From Octopus bimaculoides (lineage: Eukaryota), in contig NC_068992.1 of assembly GCF_001194135.2 (NCBI RefSeq), positions 63,163,515-63,207,091 of the forward strand: a stretch of DNA of 43,577 bases. Direction: 5' to 3'. A model generated the notes under the pieces. That model made no database searches, had not been told where the DNA came from, and worked only from the letters and a program-made list of their open reading frames with translations. Below are positions 11,065-24,260 of this stretch, piece after piece. How positions within the stretch are numbered: the stretch's first letter is position 1; the number at the start of each line of letters is the position of its first letter. The position numbers and the translations under genes were made by a program.

Positions 11065-11724
11065 TCACAGTGATATTGGTTGGTCCGATGCGATTGTAGA
11101 AGACACTTGTTCAAGGTGCTGTTCAGTAGGACTGAACTCAAAACCAAGTCGTTGCAAACCGAGTTTCGGAACCACAGAACCATGACGGCGCTTGTGGAAA
11201 ATTCTCAAACAATTTTGTTCTGAATCTTAGTATGGAACAAAGAAAAAAATGCTCAGAAGAAGAATGGTAGGTACAACTACATCATACCATTCGCTTCTCC
11301 AGACCCACAGGGGGTAGATATATAGGAGAGTAGCTTGACATTTAAAGACCTCCAGGTTTAAAACTGTCTCCCCCGCCAAAAAAAACAGTTACGATGCATT
11401 TATCTCTAGCATTCCAGGTCAGCCATCTGCAAAAAAAAAAAAGAAAAAGCTACATTTTAAGCAGATCAGCTTCCATCGTTTTGCTAATCCGTCAATTGGG
11501 GGTGTTGTGCTGGCAGAAAAACTCAACCCTAAGAGCGATATCGGATACTTACATATATATGTAGGGTAGGTTATAAATATTCATTTCTGAAAACGATGCT
11601 CCAGCATGGCCTTAGTTCTGTTTGTTAAACCACAGTTACACATATACATGTGTGCGTGTGTGCGAGCGGGATTCTGTGTGAGTGTATGTGCGTGTATGTA
11701 TATGCATGTATATGTATGTATGTA

Positions 11725-11755
<31 letters not shown>

Positions 11756-12411
11756 NNNNNNNNNNNNNNNNNNNNNNNNNNNNNNNNNNNNNNNNNNNNN
11801 NNNNNNNNNNNNNNNNNNNNNNNNNNNNNNNNNNNNNNNNNNNNNNNNNNNNNNNNNNNNNNNNNNNNNNNNNNNNNNNNNNNNNNNNNNNNNNNNNNNN
11901 NNNNNNNNNNNNNNNNNNNNNNNNTTATATACTTTCAATCAAACTTGCCCACATACATACACACGCACGCATGTACAGACACACACATACATACGTACAC
12001 TCAAACATACATATAGAAATATAATAATATACACACACAATTTTTTTTTAAATGGTTTGTCCTCATTATATCAACGGGTTCCTTTTCTTGTGAAATATGA
12101 GACAAATCAACATCCCCTATTTTCCAACAGATTGCAAAGGATTCTTGTCGGATAATAAAAGATAAGCAATTCTTCACATTTTTGCCATTAAGTCAAAATG
12201 TCATAATTTCTTGAAACTCTGCCTGAGTCCAAATGCCACCCGGAGTTAGACCTTGCCTTTCTTCGATTCGGGGTCGATAAAATAAATACCCGTTGAGTAC
12301 TGGGAATGATGTAGTCAACTAGCCCCATCCACTACCACCACCACCACCACCACCACCACCACTGCAACCACTCAAAAAAATTCAGTCCTTTGTACCTGTA
12401 GTAGAAGTGGA

Positions 12412-12595
12412 AACGCATTTCTTAGTGGTTAGGGATGTTGGACGCATGATCGTAATATTGGGGTTTCAACTCCCGGCCGGACCGGACGATGCGCTGTGTT
12501 CTTGAACAAGACACTTCATTTCTCCAGTTTACTCATCTGCTAAGAATGAGTAATCCTGGTACGACGGACCAGCGCCCCATCCAGGGTTGAATATA
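12412..12595 (+). mobile_element. SINE with tRNA-like head and V-SINE-like body (tgtgttcttgaacaagacactt...gacggaccagcgccccatccaggg)
   Basis: Head similar to 27843-27900 and 31590-31660; V-domain assignment from recall. Confidence 0.55.
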
Positions 12596-12803
12596 TAGTA
12601 GTTAGGTGCTTGTGCGTGCGTTCTCCTATGTCTGTGTGTGTATGTGTCTGTGTGTGTGCGCGCGCGGTTATGCTTTCTACCGAAAGCCGACCTAAACCGA
12701 CCGAGATAAAGAACTGGACTTTCTGGTTAAATAGTCTCTAATATCACGTTTATGAATCTGTTTGGCAAGATTCCTGGCGTAAAATCATGTGCTGAAACAG
12801 ATA

Positions 12804-13181
12804 TTGTTATTCTTCGGAATGGTCATTATTTGTTTTCTCGCCAAATAAACACACGCACTGTATATTCGTTCTTCACTCGTTTCTCATTGTTCTTATTTTT
12901 TCTTATGTCCATTGTCTGGAAAAATATTTCGTCACATATCTCTGACCTCTTCAGCGACTCTTCCAGCCACGTGTATCCTCCTGTTCTGAGAATGGACTTA
13001 ACAGGACAGGGGAGAAAACACGTAGATGAAAGAGTCATGAAGAGATCACGGGTGTGTGACGAGAGATTTCCAGACAATGGACATAAGATAAAATAAGAAC
13101 AATAATAAACGAGTGAAGAATGAATATACAGTGCGTGTGTTTATTTGACAAGAAAAAAATGACCATTCCGAAATATAACAA
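12804..13181. mobile_element. ~380-bp foldback/MITE-like palindromic element
   Basis: The left arm ttgttattcttcggaatggtc...gtccattgtctgga... is the reverse complement of the right arm ...tccagacaatggac...gaccattccgaaatataacaa; the inner region is also partly self-complementary. Confidence 0.9.
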
Positions 13182-13583
13182 AGTCTTTAATATGTTTCAC
13201 AAATCAACTGACCTTTTATATAAAATACTGTGAGAAAACCTTGTAATTCTTCAAAAAATAATGTTATAGATTTGTATCTTCTTGTGTTTTTGTTGGTGTT
13301 ATTCTTGTTGTGGTTGATGTTTCTGTTGTTAGCGACGGTGGTAGCTTTTCCTTATGTAAGGAGATAGCATATAAGGAGAAGGAGAATTAGCTGCTATTTC
13401 TGCAAGTTGGTTCAACTGGGTCGCGCTTTGGGCAAGTGACCTCTGCTAAAGCTCCGACCAGACCAATGTATAGTGAACGACTCTGGTACAGGGCAAGAAC
13501 TAACGCATAGACACAAACACACATGCACACACCGCACATACACACACAAGCACACACACACACGCATACATACATACATACAT

Positions 13584-13614
<31 letters not shown>

Positions 13615-14055
13615 TACATACATACATACATACATACATACATACATACATACATACATACATACATCCGTTAGAGTATGCGTGTGGTATAGAACTTGTG
13701 TTCGTTCATTTTTTTCGTTCATTTTTTTCATGGTTGTGTCTGTTATTTCTATGGAATGGTGTTTGTATTACTTNNNNNNNNNNNNNNNNNNNNNNNNNNN
13801 NNNNNNNNNNNNNNNNNNNNNNNNNNNNNNNNNNNNNNNNNNNNNNNNNNNNNNNNNNNNNNNNNNNNNNNNNNNNNNNNNNNNNNNNNNNNNNNNNNNN
13901 NNNNNNNNNNNNNNNNNNNNNNNNNNNNNNNNNNNNNNNNNNNNNNNNNNNNNNNNNNNNNNNNNNNNNNNNNNNNNNNNNNNNNNNNNNNNNNNNNNNN
14001 NNNNNNNNNNNNNNNNNNNNNNNNNNNNNNNNNNNNNNNNNNNNNNNNNNNNNNN

Positions 14056-14104
<49 letters not shown>

Positions 14105-14148
14105 CATATAAATATACATACATATATACATATATGTATATATGTATG

Positions 14149-14180
<32 letters not shown>

Positions 14181-14688
14181 CAGAGACGTGTGTGTTTATT
14201 GGAAAGTATGCGCGTGTGAGAATGAGAATGCAAGTGTGTGTGTGCGTGTGTGTGTGTGTGTGTCTCTGTGTGTGTGCGCGCGCGCGATCGTCTGCGTGTT
14301 TGAGTATTTGACTATAGAAGAAAAAAGGACGGTGATTGGTTGTTCTTAAACCGTCAATTCTTTGAGGCGGCCAATGCAGCTTTTTCTTCGTAATTAAGGT
14401 CATTGAATTAAAGCATTCACCCGGAACTGGAAGCTCCATTTATCAAATGACGTATTTATATTCATGGAATGGGCGGAAATTGACCACAGTCACCAATATG
14501 TAGGTGCATGTGTGACTGTGTAGCTAAGGTGTTTGTTCTGTAACCCGTAGTTCCGGGTTCATACCTACTTCGCAGCGACAGCCGAGTCGATCGAAGGTCA
14601 AGTCTTTGTGAGTGAGTTTGATACACAGAAATTGTGTAGCAGTTTGATGTGTGTGTAGATATGTGGTTGTGTGGTCATAGCTAGGTAG

Positions 14689-14774
<86 letters not shown>

Positions 14775-14912
14775 GTGGGATGGACGGACAGACAAACAGA
14801 TAGATAAGTAGATAGATATAGAGAGAGAGAGATAGACAAGCAGGTAGACAGACAGACTGGCAGACATACAGACAGATAGTTGGCTAGATAGACAGAGAGC
14901 CAGATAGATAGG

Positions 14913-14972
<60 letters not shown>

Positions 14973-14974
14973 AA

Positions 14975-15372
14975 TATGTAACACTGCCTAAATACTGATG
15001 TTGAGAAATTAGGCTTCTCAAAACCAGGAAGGAGAAAGCTGATTCGAAGACTACAGACCCAATCCATCACTGAAACTGTAGAAATTTGTAATACTTTCCA
15101 GAAGTTTACCATTTAAAAGCATATGAGTATTGCTTAGATATCCAAGTATATGCAAGAGTGTACATAGATAAAAGAAAACATACAAATCTGTACACATACA
15201 TACATACAAACATACATACATACATACATACACTGTTGATGTTTTTGAAATTGCAATGAAGGCTCCTTGGATCTGGGATAGAAACCGGCTCTTTCTCCAT
15301 TGGCAAGAAATCTTGAAACAAAACTGAATAATGACATACATACATACATACATACATACACATACATACATA
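14975..15372 (+). mobile_element. 3' end of a REL-type non-LTR retrotransposon ending in (CATA)n
   Basis: 14991-15116 encodes NTDVEKLGFSKPGRRKLIRRLQTQSITETVEICNTFQKFTI*, resembling recalled 'LGF...LIRRLQ..SI.GTVKICKTF.KF' C-termini; 3'UTR then (CATA)n from 15335. Confidence 0.6.
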
Positions 15373-15651
15373 ATTGTGTGTTGGTATGTTGCGTGTGTGT
15401 GGGTGTTGGTGTTTGCGTTTGTGTGTGTGTATGTGTGTGTGTGTGTGAGTGGTATCTGTGATTGCTCCTCCACCACATGACAACCGGAGAAGGTTTGTTT
15501 ACATCCTTGTAACTTAACGTTTCAGAAAAAAATATGCTAACCAACACAACATGCCCCAGTCTTATTCAAGTAAAACCTTTAAGGCAGCGCCCCCAACATC
15601 ATCGCAGTTTAATGAATGAAAGAGTTTATAAAATAAGGAATATTAATGATA

Positions 15652-15893
15652 ATGGTTTCAAATTTTGGCACAAGGCCAGCAATTTCAGTGGAACGTGGGT
15701 TGGATGACTACGTCGAGCCCAGTGCTCGAGTGATGTTTATTTTATCGACCCCGAAAGGATGAAAGGCAAAGTCGACCTTTGAAATTATAGACGGACAGAA
15801 TGCTGCTAAGCATTTTGCCCGGCGTGCTAACGATTCTGCCAGCTCACCGCATTAAGAATAATAATAACAACAACAACAATAGTAATAATAATA

Positions 15894-15928
<35 letters not shown>

Positions 15929-16110
15929 CATTATTATCATCATTATTATTATTATCACTATTTATTATTTCAAATATTTGGCACAAGAGCAGAAAGGCAA
16001 AGTCGATCTCGGTGGAATTTAAGCTCAGAACGTAGCGACGGGCGAAATATCGCTTAGCATTTCGTCCAGCGTGCTAACCATTCTGCCAGCTCACCGCCTT
16101 ACTCATCATC

Positions 16111-16165
<55 letters not shown>

Positions 16166-16570
16166 CAACAACAATAATAATAATAATAACTTGCAACTAC
16201 CAATTTGAAAATAATAATAATAATAGTAGTAGTAGTAGTAGTAGTAATGGTTTCAAATTTTGGCACAAGGCCAGCAATTTCGGGGGTGGAGATGAATCGA
16301 ATACATCGACTCCACTACTCAACCTAGAAAGGGTGAAAGGCAAAACTGACTTCGCTGGAATTTGAACTCAGAACGTAGCGGCAGGTGTGCTAACGATTCT
16401 GCTTTAATGATAATAATAATCCTTTCTACTATAGGCACGAGGCCTGAAATTTTGAGAGAGGGGACCAGTCGGTTCGATCGACCCCAGTACGCAACTGGTA
16501 CTTAATTTATCGACCCCGAAAGGATGAAAAGCAACGTTGACCTCGACAGAATTTGAATTCAGAACGTCTT
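15652..16570 (-). mobile_element. Four same-orientation SINE family 2 copies separated by (TAA/TTA/CAA)n tracts
   Basis: Copies at ~15652-15853, 15968-16101, 16247-16405 and 16419-16570, each with internal deletions. Confidence 0.85.
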
Positions 16571-16833
16571 TAAGACGCTTACATATCATAAGAACAACAG
16601 CAACAGCCGAAGAAAAGACGGAATTTTTATGTAATCGATCTCACCTGCTAGACATAACCGAATCTCTTCTTTACCTACATGCCACGAATTTTATCGTACA
16701 CACTAAAAAAAGGATGAAATTAAAGATGAGATTGGACAGTTTTGAAATCCTACATTAAGGAACCGAATCATATTACTGCATACCATCTCGACCATTGCAC
16801 CGCCACCTACAACATAATAATGATAATAATAAT

Positions 16834-16908
<75 letters not shown>

Positions 16909-17042
16909 CATGATCATGATAATGATTAATATTACTAAATACAACATTGCCAATATTATTGGCAGGGAATATACATACATTCATACATCCATACATTGAT
17001 TCATACATACGCACAAACGCATATTGACGTATATTTTTATAA

Positions 17043-17079
<37 letters not shown>

Positions 17080-17958
17080 NNNNNNNNNNNNNNNNNNNNN
17101 NNNNNNNNNNNNNNNNNNNNNNNNNNNNNNNNNNNNNNNNNNNNNNNNNNNNNNNNNNNNNNNNNNNNNNNNNNNNNNNNNNNNNNNNNNNNNNNNNNNN
17201 NNNNNNNNNNNNNNNNNNNNNNNNNNNNNNNNNNNNNNNNNNNNNNNNNNNNNNNNNNNNNNNNNNNNNNNNNNNNNNNNNNNNNNNNNNNNNNNNNNTA
17301 TGTATAGATATAGATATATAGATAGATACATGCATACATACATACATATAATCATACACATACACACTCGAACGCACACGCGCGCGCGCACACATACATA
17401 GTTCCAAATATACATGTGCAACCAACATTTGTGTAGGCGTATAACAATTCCAATATTTTTACATAACCGCATAACACGCAAACAACATCGAAGCTAAGAA
17501 ATATTTTCATGCATAGCTGCTCCTACATTCTCCGTCTTTATCGTATTCGAAGTCTTCATATCTCAACCCACTTCTGCATTCCCTACCTCCTTATTTATGT
17601 ATTTATGTATTTATTTATTTATTTATTTATTTATTTGTCTTTTGTTCATTCTGTTCCATCTTTATCTGATCCACCTCTCCTCTCTTCGTTTCGATTAGTT
17701 TACCAACGCTGACACGTCTTTCTCCCCAGCACCGCAAACCACTCCACCAATATCCACTAGTAAGGATGTCCAGTAGACACGGTTTCTTGAGCTTTCTATT
17801 GTTGCTTTTATTGCGTTTCTCAAACGACTAATCAACACTGAACGAACATAATAATGTCTTATATACTCGCCTCATTCATATATTTTCTTTGTTCCCATTT
17901 CTCCCACCCACACATACCCAATTCTTTTATACATATATAAGTGTATAAATGTATGCAT

Positions 17959-17998
<40 letters not shown>

Positions 17999-18008
17999 NN
18001 NNNNNNNN

Positions 18009-18042
<34 letters not shown>

Positions 18043-19038
18043 GGTATGTATGTATATGGCTGGGATTTCTGGAAGTCATACGATTTCGTTTCGTCCGCGC
18101 CCAACCATCGTTTATACTCGACTACACTACGATATTAAGACGCCATTTTGACTCTTCATTGCTTGCCTATCTGCTTCTTCTCCTCCCTCCGATATCGTCT
18201 GATTTTATTTACGTTCGTCTTATTTAAGCACACTTTGTTTCTTTGTTTGATTTTTTGCTGGTGGAGTTGTTGTTGGGTTTTTTTTCCTTCATTTTTACTC
18301 AATATAACTTTGAATGAAAAGATGCACGAACAAAAATACACATACCAAGATCCTCGAACATGCATAACCCTCATACACACTCAAACACAAATACCAAACA
18401 TACAAATATATATTTTTAAAAAATAACATACAAAGTAAATCATTCATGCATAGACACAGCAACATAGACATAAGAAAATAATACGTGCATACATACATAT
18501 ATACATACACACACACANNNNNNNNNNNNNNNNNNNNNNNNNNNNNNNNNNNNNNNNNNNNNNNNNNNNNNNNNNNNNNNNNNNNNNNNNNNNNNNNNNN
18601 NNNNNNNNNNNNNNNNNNNNNNNNNNNNNNNNNNNNNNNNNNNNNNNNNNNNNNNNNNNNNNNNNNNNNNNNNNNNNNNNNNNNNNNNNNNNNNNNNNNN
18701 NNNNNNNNNNNNNNNNNNNNNNNNNNNNNNNNNNNNNNNNNNNNNNNNNNNNNNNNNNNNNNNNNNNNNNNNNNNNNNNNNNNNNNNNNNNNNNNNNNNN
18801 NNNNNNNNNNNNNNNNNNNNNNNNNNNNNNNNNNNNNNNNNNNNNNNNNNNNNNNNNNNNNNNNNNNNNNNNNNNNNNNNNNNNNNNNNNNNNNNNNNNN
18901 NNNNNNNNNNNNNNNNNNNNNNNNNNNNNNNNNNNNNNNNNNNNNNNNNNNNNNNACACATATGCATAAATATATATACATATATAGATGAATGTACATA
19001 AATATGTTTATATATATATGTGTATATATATATATTCG

Positions 19039-19069
<31 letters not shown>

Positions 19070-19711
19070 GTCTATATATAAAGTACATAGATAATATACA
19101 TATATTATAATATACGTTGTAGATACATGCTAAAAGACGTAAATATATGTCTATGCATACACTCCCACCCACACACACCTTCAAACACACGCATACCTAT
19201 ATCCATATAAACATACACATATACATACATTCATATCCATACATAACTACCTACAAGCATTTAGAGTCTCGTACAAGCGAACATACACATATACAAAAAA
19301 CAAACAGCAATTAGAGAGAATCGCAACAGAATATTCACGTAGGGTAATACACATACGCACACACACACACACACACATACACACACACAAGCCACGAAAT
19401 CGTACTTGCATGGATATATACGCTCACGCCCAGAGACCTGTACATACAGTTGCACACGCATATAATAGAGTAGATATTATTGTTATGAGAAACAAAACAT
19501 TTGCGTGTAGATTAAATAAATAATATTAAATTAGAAGAACGTTTTCATTCCCTGTGATATTGTTTATTTACTTTATAAATATGCGTGTGATTATAGTTAA
19601 TGTGTGTTCGTGTGTGTGTGCGTGTGTGTGTGCGTGTGTGGGTGTGTGTACATATTTATATGTTCGTTTATTTATATATGTATATAAACATATATGTGTA
19701 AATATAAGTAT

Positions 19712-19756
<45 letters not shown>

Positions 19757-19856
19757 TTGTATGTATGTATGTACGTATGTATGTATGTATGTACGTATGT
19801 ATGTATGTATGTATGTATGTATGTATATAGCGAGACTGAAGAGAGCTGGGAAGATG

Positions 19857-19917
<61 letters not shown>

Positions 19918-20439
19918 ACAGACACACACAGAGACATACACACACACAGACATACACACACACAGACATACACACACACAGACATACACACACACAGATT
20001 GATTGATAGACACAGAGGGAGAACTGATATAAAATAGACAGTATATATTTTTTGATGTGTCAGAAAGTGCTCAATATATAAATTTATAAAATAATATAAA
20101 GAACTATCGAAAATAATTTAATATATACATGTAGAAGTTGATCTAATCGACTGCCCCACCCCACCCCAAAAATTTCGGGCCTTGTGCCGAGAGTAGAAAA
20201 GAATATTTTTAAATGAAGAAATGTCTTTGTTAGTTATATTTCGTAATTTAATTCAAAAAACTTAAATGATGGTGGTCGATAAGTTATCAGCTATCAACGA
20301 TTCCATGAAAGGGTTAATGACATAAGAAGTTTGCTGACACCTCCTCGACACTGACAGATATCTAAGAACACAGACAGACATCCTACACATACATCGCACA
20401 TATATACCTACTCATACAAGCATCTTAGGACACAGTTTC

Positions 20440-20750
20440 TTCACATACAGACCTCATAGAATGAAATCGATCACAAACCTACTCCCACCATGGGCCCACA
20501 GATACGCTGTGTCCATTCGCTGTTCTTTCTATAACAAATACACCAGCCTCCACTCCTCAGAGATGTCTAGTATCATTTCATCTTCACTCAAATTCTACTG
20601 ATTAACTCATCCTTCCTCTCATTCCCAATAATGTCACCACTTAGCCCAGGGGCCGTACAAACCACAATATCGATGCCTTTATCCCCGCCGCTCCGAAAAG
20701 TACGTTTCTTGGATTTTCATCCTCTCTGTGATTTACTTTTTTTTATTCCT
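20440..20750 (+). mobile_element. Decayed CR1-group LINE ORF2 3' fragment
   Basis: Frameshifted translation HRYAVSIRCSFYNKYTSLHSSEMSSIISSSLKF...PRGRTNHNIDAFIP resembles the 'HRR.VSSL.LFY.YY.G.CSSEL...' C-terminal region of CR1-group ORF2. Confidence 0.55.
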
Positions 20751-20767
20751 GCTGTCATCGACTTACA

Positions 20768-21155
20768 GTGGAGGCGCAATGGCCCAGTGGTTAGGGCAGC
20801 GAACTCGCGGTCATAGGATCGCGGTTTCGATTCCCAGACCGGGCGTTGTGAGTGTTTATTGAGCGAAAACACCTAAAGCTCCACGAGGCTCCGGCAGGGG
20901 ATGGTGGCGAACCCTGCTGTACTCTTACACCACAACTTTCTCTCACTCTTACTTCCTGTTTCTGTTGTGCCTGTAATTCAAAGGGTCAGCCTTGTCACAC
21001 TGTGTTAAGCTGAATATTCCTGAGAACTACGTTAAGGGTACACGTGTCTGTGGAGTGCTCAGCCACTTGCACGTTAATTTCACGAGCAGACTGTTCCGTT
21101 GATCGGATCAAGTGGAAACCTCGACGTCGTAAGCGACGGAGAGCCAACAACAAGT
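20768..21155 (+). mobile_element. SINE family 3, full length, with 15-bp target-site duplication
   Basis: tRNA-like head (tggcccagtggttagggc...ggtttcgattccc), (CAA)n tail, TSD tgtcatcgacttaca at 20753-20767 and 21156-21170; the 3' domain recurs at 27985-28152. Confidence 0.92.
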
Positions 21156-21600
21156 TGTCATCGACTTACAACATTTTCATTAGAACGTTAAAGACATCAA
21201 TATCAAAAGCTCCTGTGAATTTGAAAAGGTCTTAGAGCACCACTAATTTTTCCAAGCCAAACCAGAATAAACGACCTCAAAGAAAGAAAAACAGAATATT
21301 TTAAGCCTTTACGGCCCGAGTTCGAATATCGCTGACGTCGATTTTTCTTTCAACATTCTGCAATCGATATATGACACTTCAGCCAAACCCCACCAGATGT
21401 GAGCACTTGTGCCTCATTTAGTAATCAATGACTATAACAAATATTAATCAATTGTTATTGTTATTGATGAGAAAATGACTGGCCTAGTTAATGTCCTTTT
21501 TTGGATGTTATCGGCGACACCCTTTCAATTAGCTTCAATGGGTATACACATATATTACATATAAACAAATACGTACTTGCATACAATTATATAGATAGAT

Positions 21601-21703
<103 letters not shown>

Positions 21704-21806
21704 GAGATAGATAGATAGATAGATAGACAGATAGATAGATAGATAGATATGTAAACAAATCGTTACATATCTACTCACACATAAACATACAGTTACTACA
21801 CACACA

Positions 21807-21846
<40 letters not shown>

Positions 21847-22089
21847 TTTTTATGTGTGGGTATATATATATATATTATATAAATCCATATATACACACAT
21901 ACATAAAGATATCGATTACATCAATCAGTTAATCAATCAATCAATCGATCTATCTAGGTAGCTAATTCTCTTCTAAGAGTTTGCACCAACAATGTTGTTT
22001 TCTCCACCTACCTTCACCCATCCTAAACAAACAGTCCAATTACACAAACCTTCTCTAATTATATCCCTTTCTACGAGTTATTATTATTA

Positions 22090-22166
<77 letters not shown>

Positions 22167-22529
22167 GCTGTTGATATTATTATTTCTTTCATGTCAATCT
22201 TAAATCAATTACTTGTAGTTATATTCCTTTCAACATGAATCGGAAATCTTTGCAATTATCTTCCCTTGACGAAGTCTAAACAAGGCCGCACACCACATCA
22301 ACTATAACTACATTTTAGCGTCCCAAGTGGGAGAAAAAAAAACCTAATGAATACACAAATACATTTTATTTCATCAAGCTGGTACACGCACAGGGACATA
22401 TATATACAGAGGTGTAGCTAAGGTGGGGCAAGCAGGGCACGTGCCCTGGGTGCCACTGTGAATGAGGTGCAATTTTGGCCAAGATCATTTTTTAATTAAG
22501 CCATTTCTATGCGAGTTTCCACTTTTCTC

Positions 22530-22880
22530 CTTTTGTCGTTTGCTTGTTTCAGTCACTGGGCAGCGGCTATGCTGGGGCATCACTTTGAAGGGCTTTCATC
22601 GAACGAATCGACACAGTATTAATATATTTTGAAGCTTCGCACTTATTCTTGCGGTCTTTTGTTGTCAAACCGCTAATGTTATTGCAATGAAAATAAACCA
22701 ACAATGGTTGTCAAGTGGTGTGGAGAAAACAGAGTTTTCTTAGTTTCCGTCTATCAATGTCGGTCACAGTGCTTTGGTGGAATCAGGGCTGTAATAGATA
22801 ATATTTACCCAAATTGCCACGCAGAAGGACTGAACCCGAAACCAGGGTGGTGGGACGCAAACTCCTTACCACACAGCTAT
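22530..22880 (-). mobile_element. SINE family 1, degenerate
   Basis: Reverse-complement similarity to 6921-7365. Confidence 0.7.
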
Positions 22881-23074
22881 GTCTTGTGCATTTGTTTATT
22901 TTATCGAATTACTGAATTAATTACCCAGTGGTTGATTATTTTACATGTCTATCAACAAAGCCTTCGTTTGATGGACATAACATGTCTTTGGCGCAGTGTG
23001 ACCGTGTTGTTTAGAAGTTTGCTTGCTGACCAAGATGCTTTTTGAAAACATCTACTTTCATTCCTTGAAGGTCA

Positions 23075-23380
23075 ACTATTGTTTTACACATGGACCCCAT
23101 TTATTTCTTGGTTGACCCCCCCCNNNNNNNNNNTGACTGAGGAAAGAAAACTCCGAGTGACCCGTCCTTATTTTTTTCTTGTCCCTTTTTTATATCGTCT
23201 GTCTGGATGTTTTGTTGTCCCTTTTTTGTATCACCTAACTGTCTGGATGTTTTGCGTTCTTGTCCCATTTTTTGTATTCCTTTTTATATACATATGGTCT
23301 CTTATATGTAAGTACATTATATTTACTTTGGTCTCTTACATGTACACTTTGGTCTCTTATATGTAAGTACATTATATATA
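23075..23380 (+). mobile_element. Penelope-like pseudo-LTR remnant with degenerate HHR core and short internal tandem duplications
   Basis: ctgaggaaagaaaactccgagt at 23136; duplicated ctgtctggatgttttg and tttggtctctta blocks. Confidence 0.4.
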
Positions 23381-23669
23381 TATACATATGTATGAATTTT
23401 GTACGACTCCCTTATTCTTTCAATCTTTCTTTCTTTCTATCAGCCCCTTCACACTTCGTTCTGTCTACTTTTCTTTCTTTCATTCCCCCTCTCTTTATTA
23501 TACCTTTATAATTAATTATTATTAGCAATTGCATGACAATAATTAATAAAATATTTTAGATATTGCAAAACTATAATCAAATTATTGTGCATAAGCTTTA
23601 ACAACAAAATCTTATATGGACCCCCCCCCCCGCAAGGGACATATGGACACCAGTTGAGAAGCTCTGGTG

Positions 23670-24110
23670 TAGATCTATCAGGGATTTTGGCAAGATATTA
23701 AATAGCTTTGGGCCTTTGAATCCGAAACTATTGCAATACCTGGTCCTTACTCTATAAGCACTGAGTAGGACCTTTGGAAGAGTGCAGCGGCACCCTCTGC
23801 GGATGCTGTTATAGCTTTCGATGCCGAAGTTTGGTGCCAACCCCTCTAGAATCTTTCATTTCATCACCGCATATCTACACTCTTTTTGCATCTTGGGAAT
23901 TATAGATGTAATTACTTCACTCTCTCCCAGTGCCTAAAGTGTTTCATAGATGCAATTTTCTTGGCATAGCATCGCTCAAGTGCCTCAAGTTCCGCAACTG
24001 ATTTGACACTAAGAGGGTAACAACATTTGAGAACAGTTTTCTAGAGTTTGAGGACAAATATCCTCCATAGGACCAGCTTAAGACCAGCCCTTCGCCTCCT
24101 CATTACCACC
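23670..24110 (-). mobile_element. CR1/L2-group LINE ORF2 C-terminal fragment
   Basis: ORF 23598..23840 gives PNFGIESY...RTRYCNSFGFKGPKLFNILPKSLIDLH; homologous to 27110-27816. Confidence 0.85.
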
Positions 24111-24260
24111 TTCTCATTAACACTTTGTTGCTATGACCATGAAACGAACCATAGTTTGAATCATATATATATATATAGACACAACGGTGCTCCAGCTTGA
24201 CCGCAGCCACATTGCTGAAACGAGTAAAAGAGTAGAAGACTATATATATTATTCCTAAAG

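Noticed and set aside
17766-17831. MSSRHGFLSFLLLLLLRFSND* as nAChR signal-peptide exon
   Set aside because: Ends in a stop with no convincing donor.
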